Below are positions 1 to 8,777 of a stretch of DNA of 20,000 nucleotides, in pieces. Every line of letters starts with the position of its first letter. Position 1 is the stretch's first letter. The position numbers were made by a program, and so were the translations under genes. The stretch covers positions 740,954 to 760,953 of the forward strand of contig NW_026250421.1 of assembly GCF_024521635.1 (NCBI RefSeq), read 5' to 3'. Below the pieces are notes generated by a model, which saw nothing but the letters and a program-made list of their open reading frames with translations, did no database searches and was not told the origin of the DNA. This DNA is from Tricharina praecox. Taxonomy: Eukaryota.

Positions 1-1464
1 TCGCTGTCCACCCCCGCCTTAAGCAGCTGCCGCACCAATTCAATCCTCTTCTCGTGCACTGCCTTGTGTATGATTCCAATCCCTCCTAATGTATCAATGC
101 TTGCCCCCGCCTCTAGTAATAACCTGCAGATGGCCTCGTTGCCATCGTAGGCAGCGAGTGCAAGCGGCGTTCGCCCTTCGGAATCAACCTTCTCGATGTC
201 TGCCCCTGCCCCTGCTAATAACTCGCAGATGTGCTCGTGGCCCTCATAGATAGCGAGGGCAAGCGGCGTTCGCCCTTCGGAATCAACCTCCTCTATATCC
301 GACCCCATCGCTAGCAAAGTTCGAACTATGTAATCATTGCCTCCATTAATTGCATTATGGATTCGACCCCGCGATGACCATTTCATTTTCAACGACCGCG
401 AAGACTGCCGCCTGCTTGACGGCGGTGGGCTCATCTGAACGGCTTTTTGTCCCATAAATCTGATAAATGAACGGGAAGTTCGAACACCGAGATCTCGGAA
501 ATTGATAGGTCACCCAGGCTCATGTCTGAAAGCATTGACCAGCTCCCATCTTCACCTGGATTACTCATGAAGGATGACGACGATTGATGATCTGCTCTCA
601 TACCCCAGAGTTGCGCCCGCTTGTATGGTCTCGAGTCTCTCGAATCCACTGTGAACGACGGTAACAGAGACCAGATTGACCGGGTGGATCGGGTGGAACC
701 GATGCTGAAGGATGTTTCTGTGCTCTTAATCTATGCGGTGTCGTCTGGGATCGGTCGGAAAGCGAGGTTTGCGACGCCAAATTCGCTCGTGGGATTAACG
801 GAGGACGCATAAGTGGATCCATTTGATTGATGTGCAATGAGCCCTCGAAGCTGCACCGAGATTACGTGGTTGGAATCCAGAATCTGTGCCATGATCTCGT
901 GCAACTTTCCGAGACTTTCAGTGGCCTCTGCAGCGGTGTGACTGAGAAATATCAGTTAGCCATGCTTGTGGCGTCAATGAAAATACCGACTTACCACTGA
1001 ATTATACCCAGCATCAAATTCAAACTCAGCTTGTGCCGCTGAAGGTCCTCGATGACTTCGGTGACCTGCGCCTCTTTCCACGCCGCCCATTTGACCCGCT
1101 CACACATGAGTCCCGCTTTACCGGCTGGCACACTCGGATCGACAATCCCCACCACCTCGCTCAAGTACTTATCCAGACTGGAACAGACCAAGACACCTCC
1201 GCTCAAGGTTGCGATAAGATGATGGACGGATATCATTGTTAATCTGTTCTGTTGCCGGCTCTTGCTTTGACCGATAACAAAGAGTTGAACTTCACAGAAG
1301 ATGACGTTCATGTCTTGCATCTCGTCTATGACACAACTAATGGACTCTGGCGCACCCTTCGCTTTCGCTCCGCAGTCGTAGACACCTTTGAGCATACTGA
1401 TGATCTTTGCCGAAATGCCGATAAGCCCGGCGATCGAGGCGACGACTGACAAAGGGTCCGACAT
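1..1464 (-). pseudogene. HeLo-like (fungal STAND N-terminal domain) + ankyrin-repeat protein gene, apparently disrupted; 3' end lies beyond the left window edge
   Basis: Exon 1 is 1464-995 (MSDPLSVVASIAGLIGISAKII...ERVKWAAWKEAQVTEVIEDLQRHKLSLNLML, typical HeLo-like N-terminus). Intron 994-942 has GTAAGT, GCTAAC branch and CAG. Exon 2 continues in frame (CHTAAEATESLGKLHEIMAQIL...) but has TAG at 733-731 (DDTA*IKST), then a family-typical segment (SRPYKRA...SWSMLSDMSLGDLSISEISVFELPV) ending in TGA at 433-431. Ankyrin repeats (GRTPLALAIYEGHEHICELL; GRTPLALAAYDGNEAICRLLLEAGA) follow in a different frame from about 434 to 1. Confidence 0.8.
160..289. repeat. Nucleotide-identical 31-nt segments in adjacent ankyrin repeats (99-nt period)
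   Basis: GCAAGCGGCGTTCGCCCTTCGGAATCAACCT occurs at 160-190 and 259-289; both encode VDSEGRTPLA on the minus strand. Confidence 0.9.
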
Positions 1465-3289
1465 TGTTCTTTCGGCGACGAATGTAACCGATTCGGATTC
1501 GGCAGCGGCGACTGGACGAGGGTAGATTTGGGTCGTGGGATCTTGTTATGTTTGCGAACACGGCCAGTTCGATGTAGATGGCACACTATTGGCGGCTAGT
1601 TTGCTGGGCGGGCTTCGTTCTTCCGAAGTGCGATCGATTCACGTCTTCGAAGTCGCCTGAGATGACGGCGTAGCAGGCGGAGATAGTAATAATTGTGTCG
1701 CGAGTCGTTGGGAAGTTCTGGTGGTAGCTGTGGGTTCAGGTGAAGGGTATTGAGGAAGAGTTGGCCACGTTCAGAGCCCCGCTCTCAGCGGTGGCGCGGC
1801 GAAACACATTCGACACTGCCTGCAGCCAATCATGCATGGTAGCTGCATGGCCCGCAGGACAGTAAGCAAGCTTCCAGGTTCCTGAAAGGGCGACGGCGAA
1901 GTGTTACGCTTCTAGAGAAGCAATCTTGGAGCATGACCAATGTTACCATATTTTTTTTTAGATGGCCAATCGCACGCATCATAGGTTCGTCAAGAGATAG
2001 CCATTCGCCCTGCAGGCGTTGGTAACGGAGGATCAAGAGTCTGAGCTGGAGGAATTCAGTTATGTTTTTGATTGCAACCAAGGGAAGATGGTATAGCCAA
2101 TGGTTGTTTTTGTATGTACTTTGGGTGAAGGCTTCAAGTCGTATGTGCAAGCATGGTGGGGTGGAACGGCTTCAAGTGGTTGCGAATCACTAATCATCAC
2201 TCGCTGATCCTCGTTCTTGCTGGCTTTATTTCCGCGAGCTTTATGTTTTGGTCATCTCGTTTTTATTCTTTCTTTCTGTCTTTCCTTCTATGCGCGGATG
2301 GGCCGGGCTGAGAGCAATAGGGAACCCACATCGAGCTTGCGGCCAGCGGCCGGAGACAGTAGGGTAGAACTGGATGTGTATACAACCATGATCTGATAAG
2401 GTCGAATGCCATGATGATAAAATAAAACAAAAAAAACACCAAAAGAGTCTACGATCAGACGCCTTTACTCAAGCTCCATTGGTATACCTCAGGGCTAATT
2501 CGGACGCACTTTCTTACGCCTCCGTTTCCGTAGCTGAATCCACGCCCGGTACACAGATAAATTCGAGCGCACCCAACACATGAGCGGACAAAGAACGAAG
2601 TGGGACCTACTAGAAGGATCTCACACATGTCTCTATAGAGTACCGTCTCCATGACGAAATAGGATAGTGGTTGCTATCCTACCGAAGCCCATGTCAATTG
2701 CAATAGCACCGAATATTGTGAAGTTACTTCCACTTTGATACTGTGATTCCTGAGGTTCTCGGGCTGAACGGTGCACATTGACCGATATGATTCCATCCTG
2801 ATGCCTACCTTATATTACTGGTCCATTGCCGTTCCTGTCGCCCAAGTGCTGACCCATACCATTCAAACTCAGTTCCCGAGTCTACCATGTCCATCTTTTC
2901 CTCAAGCGCCGAGGTGGTAATGTTCCACGTTCACCACAGCATGACAGCCTTGAGCTCCTTAGCGTTCGGACGGTGTGCATTGCATGCCCCATCCATGATA
3001 TAAAACACCGATTCGCGATCTCCCCGCACCACGGGCGAAGTGTTGCGAGCTACGTAGAGTAACTTCACCTCCCCCGGTGGCGCATATATCATACCTTAAA
3101 CTCCCCTGCGTGATAGGTGGCGGTACACATCGTCACGACCGCCAATAAACTCTCCTCCGCGAACCGTGTCCAGAATCCACTTCATGATGACGTCTCCTCA
3201 ACCCGACGAGAGCAAAACCAAACCTTCCTGCCCTGCACGTACATACTCTCATTGCCACCTCTCCACACCTCACCTCCCCACCTCCCTAC

Positions 3290-3336
3290 CTCCCCACCAC
3301 CCCACCACCCACCACCACCACCACCACCACCACCAA
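3290..3336 (+). repeat. (CCA)n / C-rich microsatellite just upstream of the small mitochondrial protein gene
   Basis: Run of CCACCACCA... shortly before the ATG at 3356; it produces the spurious poly-Pro and poly-His ORFs in the track. Confidence 0.85.
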
Positions 3337-3355
3337 CATCCAAACCCCAATCACC

Positions 3356-3794
3356 ATGTCATCAATCGCCGGCTCCGCTTCGCAATCCGGCAGCCTCTGG
3401 CGAGCCGCACGGAAGGATCCCGAGATCTACGGGATGGCCTTCCTCGTGCTGTCGACATTCAGTGTATTCGGGTACTATTTCGGGCGTCACAGCACTGCGC
3501 AGATGCGGATGGGCGAGGAGCGCATCAACATTGCCGAGAACACTGCGCCGTGGAGCGAGGGAGCCCCAGTCGAGAACTCGGACCGTAACAACTTCAAGTA
3601 CATGTACCACCCCGGCGGCGATATCAGGAATGCCCCCAAGAAGGCCCCGAGCGCACTTAATGCCGTGATTGTCCCTGCAGTGACGTTGCCGAAGGTATGT
3701 GCTGCCGCGTGAGGGAGGGAGAAAAGGGATGCGTGCTGATGGACAACAGAGTCTCCATGAGAGGTTCAATAAGTATGGGAAGGACAACTATTAG
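3356..3794 (+). CDS. Small single-TM protein, NDUFA4/COXFA4 (MLRQ/B12D)-like; 2 exons (3356-3694, 3750-3794), 127 aa
   Basis: ATG in TCACC context. The pattern ARKDPEIY + hydrophobic helix (GMAFLVLSTFSVFGYYFG) + APW...FKYMY parallels NDUFA4 (AKKHP-TM-EPW...YKFY). Intron 3695-3749 has GTATGT, GCTGAT and CAG; last exon reads SLHERFNKYGKDNY*. Confidence 0.8.
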
Positions 3795-4162
3795 CTGGGA
3801 ACAGCTAGAGGGATTCGGACATAGGTAGATGGTTGTTTGTGAAGGAAGAGGGGATATTCTGTTCAATGGGATAAGTCAATAAGAATCATGCTCAAACAGA
3901 CGGAGTAGAAGGCTGTGACAACCGCCACTTCCCACCGTGCCATAACCTACGAGGAAGGGGGCATCGTGCAGAGGTTTCGGCGTTGACCAGGTATAGGAAT
4001 ATCACGCATAATCACATCGAATGGTAGGTTCCAGCAGGTACAAGTCAAAAGGAATCGCATTTTACAAAGACATCCACACATCGTTACATTTGCTCTCCTC
4101 CACGAAAGCCCAGCCCAGCTCAAATCAAGATAACGCCATAATGTAATCGTAAAAAAACAACA

Positions 4163-4490
4163 GAAAAAGGGGATAAGAAGATGTAAACGTAATAAAAGGA
4201 AAAAAAAAGAACGAAAAGCAGATCAAAGTACGTCAAGGCCCCCAGGCCAAACGTAAAAAAACATCGTGAAAGAATAGGAGAAAAAAGGGGGATAAGAAGA
4301 TGTAAATGTGATAAAGGAAGAAGAAAAAAGGACGAAAAGCAGATCAAAGTACGTCAAGGCCTCCAGGCCAAACGTAAAAAGGGGGGGTGGTAAGATGAAA
4401 ATGCAATAAAAGGGGAAAAAAATGACGAAAAGCAGATCAAAGTACGTCAAGGCCCCCAGGCCAAACGTAAAAAAAAAACATCGTGAAAAC
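4163..4490. repeat. Three-copy imperfect tandem repeat with a conserved 49-nt core, in an A-rich intergenic block
   Basis: Core ACGAAAAGCAGATCAAAGTACGTCAAGGCC(C/T)CCAGGCCAAACGTAAAAA at 4211-4259, 4332-4380 and 4425-4473 (periods 121 and 93 nt). Flanking GGGATAAGAAGATGTAAA and ACATCGTGAAA segments are each shared by two copies. Confidence 0.92.
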
Positions 4491-4689
4491 AATAACAGAT
4501 GCCACAAATCTATCCTAATCGTGTCAACTCCCCCTCCCCCTCCCGGCCGCCCCCCAAGCATTACATCTCCAGTTTTCCGACCACTCCTAATTCACCGCAA
4601 GTGATGATGCAAGTAAGTAATGAAAGTGAAACCCCCCAAACTGACCAACGAAAAAGAATAAGAAAAAATGTAGAGTCAAATATGTAGGT

Positions 4690-4875
4690 GGAGAAAACAT
4701 CAAGAAAAAAACGGGAGAAAACATCGCGAAAAAAAAGTAGAAAAAAGTAAAAGAAAACAAGTAGAAAAAAAGTAGAAAAAAGTAAAAAAGAGTAACAAAA
4801 CAATAGTTCCCATCCATGCAAGTAAAATCAATTCAACATCAGTCGAAGTCTTCGATTTCGAAGAAAAAAAAAGTA
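4690..4875 (+). repeat. A-rich low-complexity tract with AGTAGAAAAAA-type units (U-rich 3' flank of the minus-strand gene)
   Basis: Repeated AGTA(G)AAAAAA units at about 4737-4795 and multiple A runs; lies just downstream of the stop at 4896. Confidence 0.75.
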
Positions 4876-4895
4876 ACACCTGGTATAGTTGAAGC

Positions 4896-6656
4896 TTAAG
4901 CGGCTCCGTCATCCTCGTCGTCGTCCGAACTCTCAAAGTAATTGATGGCGGTTGAGCTGCGCTGGCTCTTTCTCCTATTCGGATCCTCGTCTCTCAGACG
5001 CACGGCTTCCCTGCCCTTCGATGCACGTTTGAGGTCTTTCTCACGCTGCGCCGTGGCTTCCGCTGCCGATGGCGTGGCGACTGTGGGGAGTCCGGCGTTA
5101 CCGCCCGCAGTGAAGGCGGGCATAGGAGCTGCGGCTGTGGTGGTCATGGTCGAGTCGCCGCTTCCACTCACCTGGAAGAAACTAAGCAGGGTTCGCTGCT
5201 GCAAAGGCTGCATGCTCCTCTCAGCCGCAGCCTTGTCACCGGCTCCGTGAGGCTGAGGGGGGGCGGTAGTGTGAATGAAACGCAATGGCTGTATCGAACC
5301 GGAAGGTAGCGGTGTGGGTGTGATCGAGGTGGCGCTAGCTCTACGACCCTGCGATTTCGCCTTTGCCTTGACTTTGGTGGCGGTTGGGGAGAGGGGTTTC
5401 GAGACAGAACGCGTAGATGACGCGGAGCGACGACGCGTTGCACGAGCCTCCATGGTAAATTGGAATGGGATCTGGACGCGGCTCGCATTCTCGTTCGAGG
5501 GGGCCGTCAAACCAGGTGCTACCGGTGGTGCCGACGGGGCTTCTGAGGGAATTACGATCGAGGATGCCCGGGAGCGCGACTGCAAACGGGGAGGCGGAGG
5601 GTGACGAGAGGCGTCAATCGTTTGGTCTGGCGCGACCCCTGTCGGCGTGGGTGCAAGAGGCGCGGTGAATTCCATAGGAACATCTTCCATAACTTCCTCC
5701 TTCGTCACCGCTTCCGGTGGTGATGCCGCCGCAGGCATCGGAGCCGCCAGGGCATAGGGCTCTCCGTTCCGGTGCGGCTGCTCCTGCTGGGGCAGTACGC
5801 CAGCCACAGCCGTCTCGGTGGGTATCGCATTGTAATTGATAGATGAGTACCCTTCCATAGCCGTATCTGGCTCCTCCTTCACGAAACCATGTTTTCCATT
5901 CTGGCCATCCACCTGTGACCACATGCTGCCGACCGAGCCGGCATTCAAAGTAGTGGCAGTGGAGGTGACCGGAGGATTCCTCTCTGATCCTGTAGGAGAA
6001 GGGGTCGGCTGGCCGAATATGAACTTATTCTCCAGCCCCCCCGGTGACCACGATGATTCCTCCCAACCCGTCACCGACGGTGTAGCCTCCATGTCCCGTT
6101 CCATGGACATCGATCCTTCCGACGATTGGTCAACGGAGCCACCCTTCATGAACTTTCCGTTTCCTGCCCTTTTCTTGCCGGCAATGTCCTTCCAGTTATT
6201 ATAGCTCTTGTCGGAGGCCGGGCCCTTCGGTGGCGGTGGTGGATGCTCGGTCTTCTGCTTCTTTTCGAACTTGCCGCCTTTGCCCCTACGAGCCTCCTGC
6301 ATTGCCCGCATCCTCTCCCGCTTTCTCTTGGTTTCCTCGTCCTTCCTGCGGCGTTCATCCTCTCGTCTCTCCCGCATCCTGCGCTCTTCGTTCATGCGGA
6401 GATTTCTCTCCGCCTGTTCCTTCTCGAGAATCTTCGCCAAGTCCTCTGGCTCGACCTTCAGTGCACGCTCGAACGGTTCCAGCATGCGAAGGATCAACGT
6501 CTCCCGATTCCGCCAGCAGATGTCGCACTTCAGGTCACGCTCGGATGATGGATCGACGTGCATCAGGTCGTGGCCGCACTCGGCGAGGCGGTCGGGGTTT
6601 GTACGTAGGGTGCGCAGCGAGCGACGGCGGTTGCCGGCGGCGGTTGGGGGCTCCAT
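4896..6656 (-). CDS. Hypothetical, largely disordered protein with a Cys/His motif, charged coiled coil and basic NLS-like stretches; start uncertain (first in-frame ATG 6656; frame open upstream to about 6938)
   Basis: Uninterrupted frame of about 2 kb. ECGHDL...KCDICW motif, E/R/K-rich helix (EERRMRERREDERRRKDEETKRKRER), KKRAGNGKF and KVKAKAKS basic clusters, acidic C-terminus. No family recognised. Confidence 0.8.
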   Translation of the reverse strand: MEPPTAAGNRRRSLRTLRTNPDRLAECGHDLMHVDPSSERDLKCDICWRNRETLILRMLEPFERALKVEPEDLAKILEKEQAERNLRMNEERRMRERREDERRRKDEETKRKRERMRAMQEARRGKGGKFEKKQKTEHPPPPPKGPASDKSYNNWKDIAGKKRAGNGKFMKGGSVDQSSEGSMSMERDMEATPSVTGWEESSWSPGGLENKFIFGQPTPSPTGSERNPPVTSTATTLNAGSVGSMWSQVDGQNGKHGFVKEEPDTAMEGYSSINYNAIPTETAVAGVLPQQEQPHRNGEPYALAAPMPAAASPPEAVTKEEVMEDVPMEFTAPLAPTPTGVAPDQTIDASRHPPPPRLQSRSRASSIVIPSEAPSAPPVAPGLTAPSNENASRVQIPFQFTMEARATRRRSASSTRSVSKPLSPTATKVKAKAKSQGRRASATSITPTPLPSGSIQPLRFIHTTAPPQPHGAGDKAAAERSMQPLQQRTLLSFFQVSGSGDSTMTTTAAAPMPAFTAGGNAGLPTVATPSAAEATAQREKDLKRASKGREAVRLRDEDPNRRKSQRSSTAINYFESSDDDEDDGAA

Positions 6657-7750
6657 TGCAGCGGCAATAGCGGGGGAGAAGTCAGCGTCGGTGACGGCGG
6701 CGACGGCGGCAGCGGCGGTGGCGGCGGTGCCAGCCAGGACGGAGTCGGGGGCCGGAGAGAGAATGACGGGCGGCGATGGTGTATTGGGGGGGATGGGTGA
6801 GAGTGGCGCTAGATGGCGATGGTTAGGGGTGTGGTGCTGGCCATGCAACGGAGCCGCGTTTTCGGTGAGGCAGCACGGGTAGCGAAGAAACGAGAGAACT
6901 GCACGACAGAAGAAGAAAAATCGTTCGGATAGAATTGCTCACAATTGCAGAGCGAGAGCTCCAAGAGCAATTTTGGGTGTAAGCTCTGGTTGTGGGTTGT
7001 GGGTTGTGGTGTTGTGGTGGAATGGGAAGAGATGGAGGTGTGTTGAAAGAAGAAGGAAGGATTGGGGGAAGTTATACCTAGTCGGCGAATTGTTCTGGTG
7101 AGAGTCATTATTTCTTCTTTCTGGCTGGTCCGCTTCCTTTTCTGACCTCCCTGTTTCCGGTCCGCTGCTCTTTTAATGTTTTAATGCTTTCTTTTTTATT
7201 TTGGCCGACTGTTGCGTCGTGTCGAGCCAGCCCGCTCGTCCTTCAACGTTGCCAGCAGGTCTCGTTCATTCGGGTCGTCACTCCGGCCCCTTTATGGCCG
7301 TGGCCGTGGCCGCCTGCTCGACCCTCATCCCGGCCACGCCCTTGTTCCACCTGCCGTTGCGTAGATCATGGCGTGCACACATATAGGGCTGCTGTGGCTG
7401 CTGTCTGTACTCGAGGGCCTTCCTTTGGCCCACAAAGCACAGCCTGATGGTGACGGCGGTCGATTAAAACACCGCCCGCATCAGGCGCGAAGAAATAAAA
7501 AAGGCCGGTTCTTTCCACCCCGCCCATGCCCCGCTCGCTCGCCCTCGTCTCCCGCTACGTCGACTGGCTCGCACCACTCCGTTTCTTCCAGCCAGTGCAA
7601 CGCGAAGATGGTCGAGCTATAGCCCGACCTACGCATATAAACCAGCAGCCAAACAGAAGGCATACCTGCCTTCTTGCCTAGATGCTACCTAATGCACAGC
7701 GGCCACCCACCACGCCGAGCGCCCCCACAGATCCTCACCGCCGGGGACAC

Positions 7751-7751
<1 letters not shown>

Positions 7752-7794
<43 letters not shown>
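7752..7794 (+). repeat. (CAGC)n tetranucleotide microsatellite
   Basis: About 10 consecutive CAGC units. Confidence 0.95.
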
Positions 7795-8300
7795 TGTTGG
7801 CATGGTATGGCTACACGTTGCAGCATGGCAAGCGTCCCGTAAGACATCTACCTTTGTCTTGAGAAACCGCAGTCACCATTTTAATGATGCTCTCCCTAGG
7901 TGTAGAGAGCTCTCCGCTGTCAGTCGACAGCGGCTCTCGGCTAGCGGCCACCGACTTGTTTTGATCAAAGAGACCTCGTCCCTCCACCCCGGACGGTTTC
8001 TGGCAAAAAGCCCGCATCCGCCCGTGTGCATGCAAGCTCGACCAACCCCAAGCACCGTCGAGGCTCTTGGAGCTGGATAAAGCCACCACACATCTCCCGT
8101 TTCCCTCCCGCATCCCTATGCGATTTTGATGCCACCGTCACAGACGCTGCAGCACCAGAGCTCCTGCTCGCAGGAAGGCACGCACCCCCCGTGCCGCGAA
8201 TCAAGTTCTAGTGGACGTTGATTCCCTTGCCGTCCAGCCAGCACGGGCACAACAAGAAACGAGCCATCGAACATCCATCATCATCGTCGTCTCTTTCGCT

Positions 8301-8643
8301 GTCCTGTCCTGTCTTGTCTGTTCTGTCTGTCCTGTCCTGTCCTGTCTGTCCTGTCCTGTCTTGTCTGTCCCGTCTGTCGTGTCCTTTCCTGTCTGTTCTG
8401 TCTGTCCTCTTCTGTCTTGTCTGTTATGTCTGTCCTGTCTTGTCTGTCCTGTCTTGTCTGTCCTGTCTTGTCTGTCCTGTCTGTCGTGTCTTGTCTGTTC
8501 TGTCTATCTTGTCTGTCCTGTCTTGTCTGTTCTGTCTGTCCTGCCCTATCTGTCCTGTCTTGTCTGTTCTGTCTGTCCTGTCCTATCTGTCCTGTCTGTC
8601 CTGTCTGTCCTGTCTGTCCTGTCTGTCCTGTCTGTCCTGTCCT
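8301..8643 (+). repeat. TGTC-based low-complexity satellite (TGTC/TGTCC/TGTCT/TGTTC units) ending in (CTGTCCTGT)6
   Basis: About 340 nt nearly devoid of A on the + strand. Perfect 9-mer array at 8587-8640; recurring higher-order block GTCTTGTCTGTTCTGTCT. Confidence 0.95.
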
Positions 8644-8753
8644 GGCCGAATTCGGCGTTTGATCCGCCCGAGCAGATGAACGACTGGATCGGAGCAACAC
8701 GACACAAGAACCCGGCGATCTCACCAATAGCTCTATCACGCGGCCCAGGATGT

Positions 8754-8777
8754 ACTCCACTCCACTCCACTCCACTC
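8754..8777 (+). repeat. (CTCCA)n pentanucleotide microsatellite
   Basis: ACTCCACTCCACTCCACTCCACTC. Confidence 0.8.

Noticed and set aside
1830..3100. Short ORFs and C/D-box-like words (TGAT...CTGA) in the first intergenic region
   Set aside because: No recognisable domain, and no convincing terminal stem or rRNA guide could be established by eye.
3117..3668. Poly-Pro and poly-His ORFs (3117-3668, 3166-3588)
   Set aside because: Products of the CCA microsatellite, in alternative frames of the real gene starting at 3356.
4211..4473. CRISPR-like look of conserved repeats with variable spacers
   Set aside because: Eukaryotic context, no cas genes, and the spacers are unequal in length and related to each other; this is a tandem repeat.
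4120..4936. Phe-rich 'membrane protein' ORFs on the minus strand
   Set aside because: Translations of T-rich low-complexity and repeat DNA.
4942..6882. Multiple + strand ORFs opposite the 650-aa ORF
   Set aside because: Antisense shadows of the GC-rich minus-strand gene.
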